From the NCBI GenBank assembly GCA_963765765.1, contig CAVXYC010000010.1, positions 192,001 to 256,000 on the forward strand: DNA of 64,000 nucleotides, written 5' to 3'. The notes beneath the pieces are model-generated. The model was not told the origin of the DNA, searched no databases, and saw nothing but the letters and a program-made list of their open reading frames with translations. Position 1 is the stretch's first letter. The number at the start of each line of letters is the position of its first letter. Both the position numbers and the translations under genes were made by a program. This document shows positions 1-10,803 of this stretch, piece by piece. Origin of the DNA: an uncultured Chloroflexia bacterium. Lineage in GTDB: Bacteria; Chloroflexota; UBA6077; JACCZL01.

Positions 1-1001
1 ACGATGCCGAAGATCAGGAGCGCCTTCTCCGGGCTCGGCCCCTCGGCGGGTGAATGAAGCGTCAGCGACAAAAGTCCGAAGGCGCCACTAATGAGATAGA
101 GCACCAAGACGGTGTGGAGTTGGCTGAGACCCAGTCCGTGAATTCGTTGGGGAAGGTGCTCCATGTCGCCGCCCTGAAAAGGTGAGCGGCCGCGAAGAAC
201 GCGGCGGCCAATAACCCAGGCGGTGTCCAGGATGGGCACCGCCAGGACGACGAACGCGGTGCCAACCTTTGCGCCGCCTATCACGCTCATAGTGGCGAGC
301 CAGTAACCCAGGAGCATTGACCCGCACGTGCCCATGAACACCTTTGCGGGATGAAAATTGTGGGGCAGAAAGCCCACCGCCGTTGCCGCCAGGATGAGTG
401 GTAGTACCGCGATTGAGACTTGGTCGAACCACAGTGACCGGGTGAACAGGACGATTGCCGCCATGGCAGTGATGCCTCCGGCAAGTCCATCCATGACATC
501 TACGAGATTCATGGCGTTGATCATCCCCACGATCCATAGCACCGTCAGCGGAGCGTCGAGCCAGGCGGGCAACTCGATCGCGGGTCCGAATGGCGAAGCC
601 AGACTTCCAAAACGCAGACCGAATAAAACCGGGAGCGTGGCGATTACGATTTGAGTCAGGAGCTGTGGCATCGGGGCGAGCCGCCGACTGTCGTCCAAAA
701 TCGCCAGCGGAACGATTAGCAGGGTTCCCAGGAGTATCCCGGTGAGCTTCAAGGTGTCTTGTTCGCTCAACGTCACGTCAGCGGGACGGAGGAGCATGCT
801 GAAAATGACCCCAACCCACACCGCGGCAAGCATGGCGTAGCCGCCAGTGCGGGGCGTGACGACGCGCTGCACTTCTCCTGCTCGAGGCGTGTCCACAAAG
901 CCGAATTTGTGTCCGAGTCGGATCGCATAGGCAACCAGCCCGAAACTTATCAGGGCTGTAACAAGCGCGGTAAGGGCCAGCCAGAGACTTGTGGAAAGCA
1001 C
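1..1001 (-). CDS. Undecaprenyl-phosphate GlcNAc-1-phosphate transferase (WecA/MraY family), runs off the window start
   Basis: Manual translation from GTG at 1001 gives TPRTGG, AILDD, NAMNLVDVMDGLAGG, HNFHPAKVFMGTCGS and multiple TM segments. Confidence 0.9.
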   Translation of the reverse strand, partial: MLSTSLWLALTALVTALISFGLVAYAIRLGHKFGFVDTPRAGEVQRVVTPRTGGYAMLAAVWVGVIFSMLLRPADVTLSEQDTLKLTGILLGTLLIVPLAILDDSRRLAPMPQLLTQIVIATLPVLFGLRFGSLASPFGPAIELPAWLDAPLTVLWIVGMINAMNLVDVMDGLAGGITAMAAIVLFTRSLWFDQVSIAVLPLILAATAVGFLPHNFHPAKVFMGTCGSMLLGYWLATMSVIGGAKVGTAFVVLAVPILDTAWVIGRRVLRGRSPFQGGDMEHLPQRIHGLGLSQLHTVLVLYLISGAFGLLSLTLHSPAEGPSPEKALLIFGI

Positions 1002-1003
1002 GA

Positions 1004-2054
1004 TTATTGGAGCAGTCGTGCCAGGTCCATGACCAGATTTGTCAGGGCATCAGGCGCCAGATCCAACTGATCCTGGAATGAAGGAATAGTCATATTGAGC
1101 TGTGCGTCGCGGCCGCAGTGTGCCACACACGCAATGCCCGCGATCTCAGCCGAGGCAAACGACTCGTTGGCGCTCAGGAGCTCCTCACGTAGCCGCTCGC
1201 CAGGGCGCATACCGGTGAACCGCACACTCGGGTTTCGCTGAAATCCGAGGAGACTGCTAAGCCGACCGGCCATGTCCAACACGGAGATTTCGCTGAGATC
1301 ACTCAGCATCAGAATGTCGGCTGGCCTTGCGCGCGTGGCCGCGACGAGTAGTAACCAGACTGCCTCGTCCATCGTCATCCAGTACCGCGTCATCTCGGCA
1401 TTCGTCACGGAAAGTGTCTCGCCGGCGTTGAGCTGCCGGCTGAAATGTCTCGATGACGCTCCCTCTCGTACCCATCACATTGACATAACGCACTATTGAA
1501 TACGGGAGGTCGTGTGACAGGGCGGTCTGTTCCGTCGCGATTTCGCTGACTCGCTTGGTTGCTCCATACAGGCTTGGCGGATTCACAGCCTTGTCACTGG
1601 AGGGATAGACGAAACGCGATACCCCTAAATCCACGCTCAGTTCCAGGAGCTGTCGGGTGGCAACGATGTTGACCGAGACGGTTTCCTCGGGGAACATCTG
1701 ACCGAATGGGACGTGTTTATACGCGGCCAGGTGAAAGACGTGCGTTGGCCGATCACGCTCAAACACACGCCTAGTCTTTGCCCCGTCACGCACGTCCGCG
1801 AGGACGTAGGACGGCTGGCACGGAGCATCTTCCAGAGATCGTACGAGGTCGTATAGCGAGTGCTCATGATGGTCTAGAAGGATGAGCGTCTCTGCCGTCT
1901 CCGCCAGGGCTCGACTCAGGTTTGAGCCTATGGACCCGCCGGCCCCGGTGATGAGCACACGTGCGCCTCGCAGCTCTTCGGCTGAGGCGGCCACGGCGCC
2001 TTTCCGATCAGTTCTTCCAATCAGCGCCGCGGCGTCCAGCGTCGCTGGCGTCAA
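1004..2054 (-). CDS. CapD/PglF-like nucleotide-sugar 4,6-dehydratase, soluble form (frameshift near 1420)
   Basis: ITGAGGSIGS, HLAAYKHVP, SSDKAVNPPSLYGATK and RYVNVMGTRGSV; continues in ORF 1004..1408 (MTRYWMT, GMRPGERLREEL). Confidence 0.88.
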
Positions 2055-2998
2055 ACGGGCCGTCTCCGCACCGATCCGTTCAATCGCTCCTGCGCCAGGC
2101 GCATAAAAGCGGCTCGCTCAGGATCAGGCTCCAGCGTCTCCGTGACGAAATATGTGACCTGACCAGACGCGGATGGAATCTCGGCATCGAAGTCCACGTC
2201 GCCTTCGTCGAACGGTGCGCCTTCCCCGAGCAGCCCGGTTGCGTTCGACACATGGCACGCCAGCAGCGCGTCGCCGAGAATCTCGCGGTAAACGGTGACG
2301 TTCGTCGGAGAAGGTGTTCTCCGAAGCATCGCCGCGAGCTGAGGGAATTCTTCAAGCCCGGCGCCGTTCACGGCCATGGAAGAGGCGTTGATATAAAGCT
2401 GCGCATGTGAATAGTCAAGGCAGACGCCGACGTCTGGTGCGTTCCCACGCATCCACAGGAGATCTTCCGGGGCTAGCCCGATTGGGGAGATGAAGAACCC
2501 GCCTTGCCGCATTCGGAGCACTGGCGGCATGTTTTCGATGGTTGGTCGAATGCCGCGGGCCACGCATTGTGACGCGAAAAGCTGAAGCATTGGGACCGAG
2601 AGCTCGAGCGCTCGGGCCCGTTCGGCGTCGGAGCAATCGAAATCCATGGGGCGTGGTGCGATGGCGTGAATGTTGATCGTACTCGCGCCGATCTTCGCGG
2701 ACACCTCAGCAAGTAAATGGATGAGCTCCCGGTCCGCCTCGGAGTCACGGGTCACGTCAAAGAACTCGCCGTCCAATGAGCGTACCGGGCCCTCAACAAG
2801 CCAGATGAAGTCCTCATCTAGATTCAGATCGCGGACATTCTGGAGCGTGCGCTCCACGGCGGAAGCATCCTGGATGTCCAGAAGATCCAGATACAGCTCC
2901 ATCCCGGGTGGCGTGGGCGCAGCCAGTCTATCGGTGAGCTGTCCGGGAACCGGGCGGGCCTTAAGCAGTACGTAGGGCGGACTGCCGAGTCCAGTCAC
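2051..2998 (-). CDS. TIM-barrel protein, sugar phosphate isomerase/epimerase-like (AP endonuclease 2 fold)
   Basis: IENMPP, CLDYSHA, CHVSN and VTET resemble the metal-binding motifs of this fold; overlaps both neighbours. Confidence 0.6.
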   Translation of the reverse strand: MTGLGSPPYVLLKARPVPGQLTDRLAAPTPPGMELYLDLLDIQDASAVERTLQNVRDLNLDEDFIWLVEGPVRSLDGEFFDVTRDSEADRELIHLLAEVSAKIGASTINIHAIAPRPMDFDCSDAERARALELSVPMLQLFASQCVARGIRPTIENMPPVLRMRQGGFFISPIGLAPEDLLWMRGNAPDVGVCLDYSHAQLYINASSMAVNGAGLEEFPQLAAMLRRTPSPTNVTVYREILGDALLACHVSNATGLLGEGAPFDEGDVDFDAEIPSASGQVTYFVTETLEPDPERAAFMRLAQERLNGSVRRRPV

Positions 2999-3857
2999 AG
3001 TAATCCTGTAGTCCTTCCAGAAGAGCTATCCGAGCTTCGTACCCTAGCTCGGCCCGAGCGGCTTCTACGCTCGGTACCAGGTGTAGCGTCGTACGTTGAA
3101 TGTGAGACTCGTCAATTGAGCTGCTCGAGTGCAGTAGCGTCCGAATTGTGCTGGCCAGTCGACCGAAACTGGTTCCCACTCCTGTCCCGATGTTGAAAAG
3201 CGCGTGCCCTTCAGATCTGTAGGTCAGCGCGGCGAGAAATCCACGCACGACATCCGCCACATGGGTGAAGTCACGCCGCTGATTGCTCATCACAACGATC
3301 GGCTCGCCACGCGCGGCGCGATCATGAAAAATGCTTACGACGCCACTGTTGCCCTGTCCTGTTTGTCCAGGACCGTACACGGAAAATAGACGCAGCACGC
3401 GCGAGCGGATCCCGTAGACTCGCCCATACATCTCGCACCAGCGTTCGGCCATCAGCTTGCTGGTGCCGTAGACGTTCTGAGGATGTGGTGTGCTCCTCTC
3501 CGTGAGCATTGACGTACTGGGCCGAAAGACGTGCTGCGACGAGGCGAATACCACCGCGGCCTTGCTCAAACGGGCAGCCTCCAGAATCCGGAGCGTCCCC
3601 ACCGCGTTCACGAGATTATAGCCAAGGGGGTCATTTCGGGAGGCGCCAACGTCGCCAATCCCGGCCAGGTGAATGACCGCCGAGACGCCATCCATCCATG
3701 GGAGAATCGGGTCCTTGACAATGTCGACGGACGCATGGTCCGGGAACCCGGGCAGCGCCGCTCCACGATGCATGGTTCGCACTTCACATTCTTCCGCCAG
3801 TGCCGTCGTGGTGTGGCGACCGATAAAGCCTGACGCTCCGGTGATCAGGACGCGCAT
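2961..3857 (-). CDS. NAD-dependent epimerase/dehydratase
   Basis: ITGASGFIG, YGTSK, RLFSVYGPGQ, RDFTHVADV. Confidence 0.9.
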   Translation of the reverse strand: MRVLITGASGFIGRHTTTALAEECEVRTMHRGAALPGFPDHASVDIVKDPILPWMDGVSAVIHLAGIGDVGASRNDPLGYNLVNAVGTLRILEAARLSKAAVVFASSQHVFRPSTSMLTERSTPHPQNVYGTSKLMAERWCEMYGRVYGIRSRVLRLFSVYGPGQTGQGNSGVVSIFHDRAARGEPIVVMSNQRRDFTHVADVVRGFLAALTYRSEGHALFNIGTGVGTSFGRLASTIRTLLHSSSSIDESHIQRTTLHLVPSVEAARAELGYEARIALLEGLQDYCDWTRQSALRTA

Positions 3858-4816
3858 CAGCGATCAGCCCAGGCGCCTGACTGGGCATAGTCAATGACCT
3901 CTCCAACACGATCGCGCAGCCGCTCGTTTGGCGTCCAGCCCACAGTCTGAAGACGACTAGAGACAGTGAACGGTGCTGTTGGATCCCCAAGCCGCGACTC
4001 CGGCTCGATGTGCACGTTGAGTCCCCGATCACTGGCGGCGTCGCGAACCGCTAACGCCACCTGTGCCACGGATAGGGCCTCACTGACAGCGTTTGCGTCA
4101 GCGTAGCGCGACTGAAGCTCGCAGGCGGCAAGAAGCGCTGACACCGCGTCCTTGATATGGAGGAATCCCACGGCGGCCCTGGCCGTCGGGTTCACACGTA
4201 GTGGTTGACCTTGGGCGGCGCGCCTCGCGAAGAGATTTGGGACTGTGATGAAGAGCGGATCGGACTTCATGACTGGACCGAGTCCATAGACGATGCCCAG
4301 CCGGATCGAAACTCCCGAGATATCGCTCGAGCTGGTGTACATCTCCAGCAGCTTCTCAACGTAGATCTTGCTCAAGTGCGAAAGATCGGAGAACGAACCG
4401 AGCGGATGAGTCTCGTCAACGCATCCTATCAGCGGAGCTCCATAGACGTGGAAGGAGCTACCAAACACCACTCGAGCTGCTCCCGAGCCGCTGGCGCGGT
4501 CAAGGAGCATTCTCGCCCCGATGAGATTCGTTTCCTCCGTGTAGCGCGCTGGCGCGGCCTTCGGACTAGAGCTCGGCTGCGCAGCCAACAAGTGAATCGC
4601 CTGAAATGGACCGTCCGCGAAGGTCGCGTCGAGCGCCTTCTCGGAAGAAACGCTGCCACGGACAAGGCGGAAATTGGAATGCTTCCGCAGAGCGGCAAGC
4701 GCGTCTGGTCGAGTACAGAAGTAATTTTCGAGACCGACTACTGATTCCCCGCGAGCGAGGTACTCAAGGGCAAGTGGTGCGCCGATATAGCCGACGCCGG
4801 CAATCAGAATCGTCAC
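3857..4816 (-). CDS. Atypical NAD-dependent epimerase/dehydratase (extended SDR)
   Basis: AGVGYIG, NLIGA, GSSFHVYG, RLGIVYG and FLHIKD; no canonical YxxxK. Confidence 0.8.
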   Translation of the reverse strand: MTILIAGVGYIGAPLALEYLARGESVVGLENYFCTRPDALAALRKHSNFRLVRGSVSSEKALDATFADGPFQAIHLLAAQPSSSPKAAPARYTEETNLIGARMLLDRASGSGAARVVFGSSFHVYGAPLIGCVDETHPLGSFSDLSHLSKIYVEKLLEMYTSSSDISGVSIRLGIVYGLGPVMKSDPLFITVPNLFARRAAQGQPLRVNPTARAAVGFLHIKDAVSALLAACELQSRYADANAVSEALSVAQVALAVRDAASDRGLNVHIEPESRLGDPTAPFTVSSRLQTVGWTPNERLRDRVGEVIDYAQSGAWADR

Positions 4817-4873
4817 AGGAGAGTGTGTAGCGGGCTCGGGCGGCCGCCGTGCGATGATACCAGCCCTTCCCGG

Positions 4874-5390
4874 CGGCGCTCACCACATCCGCCGCCGTGA
4901 AGTGTTTCAGGATCACCCCGGGTCGAGGCCGCAGGTCCGACGGTGTCCACCTGCACCAGATCGCCAGGCGCCTGCACCACGTAGTCGGTCGGCTTGCGGA
5001 GCCCGTAGGGCCGCGTCCAGCAGAGTGGGGCGGTGCGCACACGGCGCGGCGGCTCGAACAGCTGCCCGCTGGCGCGCAGGCGGCGGAGGATCCGTCCCAC
5101 CATCGACACCGACAACTCCACGGGCGTCTCCGCGCGTGCCAGGCAGCACTGCAGCTTGGCCTTGCCCCAGCGCGGGTACTGCTCGCGAAGATCCGCACCA
5201 CGCGCGCCTGGTCGGCCGTCCAGTTCGGTTGTCGCCGCGCGTGGGGGACACAGGAGCGATCTTCGAGCGTCTGAGGCCGCCCCGGCACGTACCGCCGCTG
5301 CCAGCGGTAGAACGTTGGTCGACTGATGCCGAAATGGCGACAGCGTCCGACTGACGTTCTGGCCGTGGGTGCGATGCCAATCGAACAAAT
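4874..5390 (-). mobile_element. Truncated IS481-family transposase remnant
   Basis: Stitched frames give an HTH (NVSRT..HFGISRPTFYRW), then LREQYPRWGKAKL, then PGDLVQVDT..KHFTAADVVS, where it stops. Most of the DDE core is missing; local GC is higher. Boundaries approximate. Confidence 0.75.
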
Positions 5391-5416
5391 TGCCAGCGCT
5401 ATAATCCGCCACCGCC

Positions 5417-6169
5417 ATGATCTCCCGACATGTCCTCGGCGTCCGCGTCCATGACGTCACCTACGATGAAGCGATCGAGCATATTGACCGTTTTATCCAT
5501 GAACGCGGAAGCCATCTCGTGACGACACCGAATCCCGAGTTTGTCATGATGGCACGCTCCGACCCTCGTTCAGGACCCTTCTTGATCAAGCCGCGCTGGC
5601 AATTCCAGACGGGATAGGGCTCCTTTGGGCCGCCCGATTCGCGGGACTGCCATTTCGAGAGCACGTGCGGGGGACGGACCTGATATGGCGGCTGGCGACC
5701 CATTCAGCACGCGTCGGACACCGATGGTTCCTTCTGGGCGCTGAGCCCGGAAGTAGCCGAGCTGGCGGCCGCAGCGTTACTACGCCGAGAGCCAGGGCTG
5801 GAGATCGTCGGCACCTACGCCGGGATTTCGGGACCGTCCGGCGATCTAGACGCGCGCGCCGCGATCGCCGCTTCTGGCGGGGCTGACGTCGTGCTCGTGG
5901 CGTATGGCGCCCCAGCACAGGAGCAGTGGATAGAACGGAATCTCGAGCCGGCCGGGATACCCGTGGGGGTTGGCGTCGGGGGTGTCTTCAACTATCTGGC
6001 TGGCGTGGCTCCTCGGGCACCGTACTGGATGCGGCGATTGGAGCTGGAATGGCTCCATAGGCTCATCACCCAACCATGGCGATGGCGGCGCCAGCTTGCT
6101 CTCCCACGATTCGTGGCGACGGTCGTTTTTTTGCGTTTCTGGCCCGGTGCGGACCGACCAGTAACCTAG
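5417..6169 (+). CDS. WecG/TagA/CpsF-family glycosyltransferase (several frameshifts)
   Basis: HVLGVRVH, VTTPNPEF, VRGTDL, VAYGAPAQEQWI, VGVGGVF, RAPYWMRRLELEWLHRL spread over several frames. Confidence 0.88.
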
Positions 6170-6188
6170 CAGTCCCCCACTCGACATG

Positions 6189-7400
6189 CTACGTACAGCG
6201 TCCATTGGCCTCGACCCAGCCACGATGTGCGGTCGGGTCGAGCGATACTCGCCCACATTCAAATTCGCGCTGCCAGATGCTTCCGGCGCGATACCGGCCA
6301 GCCTCTGGCTGTCCCAGCGACGCCAGATAGTCGTCATAGAGCCAGGCCTGCTCAGACGTCGCGTCGTCCGTATATTGGAATAGGCGCGCTGGTTGGCAAC
6401 GAGTAGGAAGGAGGCGAGAGCGTAACGTAGGCGCTCCACGTCTCCTCGCTCTCCTTGAGCAACCGCGATAAAGGCCTTCCCCTCGCGCGCCGCTTCCTCC
6501 GCCTGCTGCAGTTGCAGCTCCCAATGCTCCTGTGTGGGAAGCGTGCCGCGCCAGAGTCCCACGAAATACTCGTTCATCACCGCGTCGAGCAGCGGTGTGA
6601 ACATCTGGCCGTCAAGCGGACGAAAGTAGGCGCCGGCCACATTGCCCCAGATTGGCGTGTCACCTAGACGTCCTCTGAGCCTGCTTAGCCCGCCGTGCGC
6701 AGCTGCGCGGTATTCGGTGTCTGAGCCGAACTCTAGAATTTACCCGTCGCTGTTCTCGGAGCGTGACATACCACGCTCAATCCAGCGATCGAGATTATCG
6801 ATAAATAGTCCCGTATAGCCCATCTGTTGCGCGTTCGCTGAGGCGTGACCGATGAAGTACTCAATCCAGCGCACAGACGCCAGATTCCAGGTAGTAGCAT
6901 CGCGTCTTGAGGCCAGTTTTCTCCTGCCAGGAGAGCGTCGAATAGAGTCGCTCGCCGGCGCCGTTGTGGAGAAACAGCCTTTCATGTGGGTGGAGCTCGT
7001 TACAAAAGTCTCGAGCGATTCCGCTCCACCTTTCCCTGAAGAGACATAGTCGCCACAGGGATCAGCGGCGTTGCGCAATCCGCCCGGGCCCGACGCTTCA
7101 TTCGCCACGATGTACTGAAGAATCGGACCTATGAATCCGGCATCGCCAAGCTGGTCGCGATAGCGCTCGTCACGGCGCGTAAAGATGGCAGAGGCGAATC
7201 GCTCCGCCACCATAGTGACTGACGTTGAATCTTTGGTTGATGGTAGAAGAGCGTTAAGAGGGACAGCGGACCCGGAATCGTGTCCCCGGCTCTGGGAGCC
7301 CGCGGTCAAGGACGTGGCAGTGATGCCACCAGCCGAGCGACACGAGCCGGAAGCACACGCAGCGCGGACACCACACGAGCCGGAACACACGCACGTTGAT
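6189..7400 (-). CDS. Putative glycoside hydrolase (GHL15-like TIM barrel), frameshifted; start uncertain
   Basis: GYTGLFIDN, AVMNEYF, YALASFLL, LGQPEAGRY..WQREFECGRV across ORFs 6740..7390, 5846..6640 and 6189..6524. Confidence 0.6.
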
Positions 7401-7481
7401 CATCCCGCGGGTGACAATGGATCCGGATACATTCGGAGAGTGCCACATGGACCCAATCCAGACGTCTTTATGAAGGTTCGG

Positions 7482-8466
7482 TCAGCGTGTGGACTGGCTC
7501 TGGTATGCGAGATCAGCATCAACCATCTCGCACACCAGGTCCTTGAAACGTTATGTCGTAGTGCCAGTCGAGCTTCGCTCGCGCCTTGGTGCAATCTCCA
7601 AGCAGCAGGCTGACTTCCGCGGGGCGATAGAGCTGCTGATCGATGACGACGTGATCGTGGTAGTCGAGGCCTACATGACCAAACGCTATCTCGAGGAATT
7701 CCCGCACCGTGTGCGTCTCTCCAGTGGAGATCACGTAGTCATCGGGGGAGTCCTGCTGAAGCATGAGCCACATGGCCCGCACATAGTTACGGGCGTGTCC
7801 CCAGTCCCGCCGAGCATCCAGATTGCCGAGCCGAAGGTCGTTGATCTTCCCCAGCTTGATGCGAGCGACGTGGGACGTGATCTTTCGAGTCACAAACTCA
7901 AATCCGCGCCGCGGACTCTCATGATTGAAGAGGATGCCGCTGGACGCGTGCAGGTCGTACGCCTCGCGATAGTTTCGCGTGAGATCGAACCCAGCGACCT
8001 TCGAGATACCGTAGGCCGAGCGAGGGTGAAATGGCGTTGACTCACTCTGGGGGCTGATGCCCGATTCCCCGAACATCTCGCTAGACCCTGCGAAGTAGTA
8101 GCGAGTGTGAGGGGCTGCTTCACGACAGGCCGAGAGCAGGTAGTGAGTGCCGTTGATATTGGTGTTGAGCGTTGAAAATTCGTCTTCAAACGAATAGCTG
8201 ACGAAGCTCTGCGCCGCCAGGTGATACACCTCGTCTGGCTGGACCTCGGCCATCACTCGGAACACGCTCGGGTAGCTCTCCAGGGACGCCGAGTGGAGGT
8301 TCAGCTTGTCCTGGATGTGATTGATGCGCCAGAGACGATGCTCCGGATCTTCAATGGCCACTCTGCGCACCATTCCGTGCACTTCATAGCCCTTCTCGAG
8401 AAGGAGCTCCGCGAGATAGGATCCATCTTGCCCGGTGATTCCGGTGATGAGAGCTTTCTTCGGCAT
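7482..8466 (-). CDS. gmd: GDP-mannose 4,6-dehydratase (frameshift near the C-terminus)
   Basis: KKALITGITGQDGSYLAELLL, HLAAQSFV, GILFNHESPRRG, RDWGHA; the shifted frame restores FKDLVCEMVDADL. Confidence 0.96.
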
Positions 8467-8859
8467 GTGCCCGAGTATCTTCCTTCCGGTTTGGCTTCTC
8501 AATTTCGCCCGGCAGGTGCAATGACACGACTTGGAGATTCGCTGCTTAGATCATCGCATCCGGAGCTCTTGCCAGGGCGGCCGACTCCGCCAGAATCGAG
8601 GAGTCAAGGCCTGGCAGCAACGAGCCAAAAGTACGGGGCATTCTAGCGAATACGCGTGCCCGACCGCATCGGGCGCAGGCGGTCGCGCCCGATGGAGGTC
8701 AGCGGAACCGCGCGGCACTGCTTGATTGATTCGCCTTCAGAAGCACCTCGGCTTGATTCGCCGGGAGTGGCTTACTCACAATGAAGCCCCTGGTACTCAT
8801 CACAACTGATGGAGCGCAGATAGTCGAGTTGCTCGAGAGTTTCCACGCCTTCCGCCACA

Positions 8860-9130
8860 ACGCGGTAGGTTCTTGAGATATCCGAGCGCTGAATAGCCGG
8901 TGCCGAAGTCGTCGACTGAGATACGAATTCCGCGAGATCTGAGGCCGCCAAGCGTTGACAAGCTGGCTCCCACGTTGCGCATGATGACGCCCTCAGTCAT
9001 CTCGAGCTTGAGGTCAATGGGCTGGATGCCTGTGGAGCAGAGAATCTCGCCAACCACGTCCTCAAAGCCAGGTTCTTCGAATTGACGGGCGGAGCAGTTC
9101 ACAGCTATCCGAAGATTGTTGAAGCCGACA
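8860..9130 (-). pseudogene. Internal fragment of an EAL (c-di-GMP phosphodiesterase) domain
   Basis: IAVNCSARQF, LKLEMTEG, ISVDDFGTGYSALGYLKNLP; no EAL N-terminus and no C-terminal KID/EGVE part. Confidence 0.75.
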
Positions 9131-9136
9131 TCGCCG

Positions 9137-10411
9137 CTATGCCGGAATCGACCGGGTACCGCGAATGCTCGCCATGAAAAGCACCGCCGAGGCGAGTGCA
9201 ACACTTGCGCCCCAGAGGAATGCACTCTGTACACCGTAGGTATCGGCAAGTGACCCCGCGATGATCGGGGACAGGCTACCAAAAAGCGTCCCGACACCAT
9301 AGACCAACGCCACCGTGGTGGCCTGCACGTGCTCACCGACCATATCCATCGCGTTCGCGAGAAACAGTGCCATGAGGGGAAACATGAATGCCCCCATACA
9401 GATCACGGCGATGGAGAGTGGCAATCCAGGGGGCGCCACGCTCATTAGCAAGATCGACACGCCAAGTATTGCGAGGCATGGGACAAGCGTCTTCTTGCGC
9501 CCGAATCGGTCCGAGGCCAATCCTAGAAGTGGCGATGACGCGATGCCAGCTACGTTCCCCAGAAACACGTAAATACCGGCTTCGTATGGCGCGAAATGAA
9601 GCTCATTGCGGAGGTAAATCGGCAAAAACGTATTGACCGATGATTGCGCCATACTGAATCCACCGGTCGCCAGGAAGATCAAAAGAAGCGGCCCTGGCCG
9701 GACGAAGCTCAGGAGCGACCGGAGGTACACGCCGAATGAGACGGCTTCCCCAGTACGCCCCTCCGTGGAGCGCATAACCATCCACACGACGATGCCGGTT
9801 GCGATCGCGGGAAGCATGCTCAGCTGGAGAAGAAAGCTCCAGGCCATCACCGTAAGGAGCATCCCCACGACCAGGGGGCCAAGGGCTTCGCCAACGCTTC
9901 CACCGCTCCCGTGAAGTGACAGCGCAAACCCTTTTCGATGGACGAAGCGCTGAGAAAGCGCCGCGATGGCCGGTGGATGCCAGAAAGAGATCCCTGCACT
10001 CACGACGACCGCGGCAATCATGACGCCGGCGTACACATTGACCGTGCCCATGACGAACTGAAAGATGCCTATCACAATCATGCAGCCACCCAGGATCTTG
10101 GCCCAGTGGCGACTGTATCGATCGGCAATGAAGCCCGCCGGCACGTTGGAAAGACTCCCCGAAAGACTTCGAACAGTCGCCAGGGCTCCGATGCCCGCGT
10201 TGGAGAGCCCGAAAGACGCCTGAATTTCGGGCAGAAGCAAGAAGAAGCCCGATGCGTACATGTGCTTGATCGCATGCCCGGCCACAAGCACGGTGGCGAG
10301 CACTGCTGGATGAAGCGCAGTCGCTGGCCGGTCGGATCGAACCGTAGAAACCGTGCTCAACAGCACCCCCTCATCATCAGTGGACACGCAAAACCCACCA
10401 GTGAGGGACAA
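9137..10411 (-). CDS. MFS transporter
   Basis: About 12 TM segments; motif A-like GFIADRYSR and GLASDRFGRK. Confidence 0.9.
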   Translation of the reverse strand: MSLTGGFCVSTDDEGVLLSTVSTVRSDRPATALHPAVLATVLVAGHAIKHMYASGFFLLLPEIQASFGLSNAGIGALATVRSLSGSLSNVPAGFIADRYSRHWAKILGGCMIVIGIFQFVMGTVNVYAGVMIAAVVVSAGISFWHPPAIAALSQRFVHRKGFALSLHGSGGSVGEALGPLVVGMLLTVMAWSFLLQLSMLPAIATGIVVWMVMRSTEGRTGEAVSFGVYLRSLLSFVRPGPLLLIFLATGGFSMAQSSVNTFLPIYLRNELHFAPYEAGIYVFLGNVAGIASSPLLGLASDRFGRKKTLVPCLAILGVSILLMSVAPPGLPLSIAVICMGAFMFPLMALFLANAMDMVGEHVQATTVALVYGVGTLFGSLSPIIAGSLADTYGVQSAFLWGASVALASAVLFMASIRGTRSIPA

Positions 10412-10440
10412 TGGTCAGTCCTCCACTGGCGGGTCGTGGG

Positions 10441-10512
10441 AGCGGGAGACGGGATTCGAACCCGCGACAACCTGCTTGGAAGGCAGGCACGCTACCACTG
10501 CGTCACTCCCGC
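10441..10512 (-). tRNA. tRNA-Gly (TCC)
   Basis: Cloverleaf with GCGGGAG/CTCCCGC acceptor stem, anticodon loop CT-TCC-AA and GGTTCGAATCC T-arm. Confidence 0.95.
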
Positions 10513-10693
10513 GTACGCGGACATTCTACCAGGGTGTCCCGGTGGCTGCATGCAAGGGCGAGCTCTCCTTCTTGGACGCACGCGCCGACAGCCACGGATG
10601 CGACGTTCAAGCCCCTATTTCAGTCGACCTTGTAGAACGCTGCTTTACAAATTATATGTAGTCGACGACGCGCCAGATTGACTATAATGGTAT

Positions 10694-10707
10694 AGAACAA
10701 TTGTTCT
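10694..10707 (+). promoter_or_regulatory. LexA (SOS) box just downstream of a TATAAT -10 element
   Basis: Perfect palindrome AGAACAATTGTTCT matches GAAC-N4-GTTC; TATAAT at 10683-10688. Confidence 0.8.
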
Positions 10708-10803
10708 GATTTGGGGTTCATGCTGCGCGGAATGGATCTCATGGAGCTCGGTCTACTAGGGCGGCGCGCATCGTGCATGCCCGGCAACCTGGAAGGAATT
10801 GAC

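Noticed and set aside
7340-7393. Near-tandem 22-bp duplication ACACGAGCCGGAA(G)CACACGCA
   Set aside because: Only two copies, in an error-rich gene start; probably a local duplication or consensus artefact.
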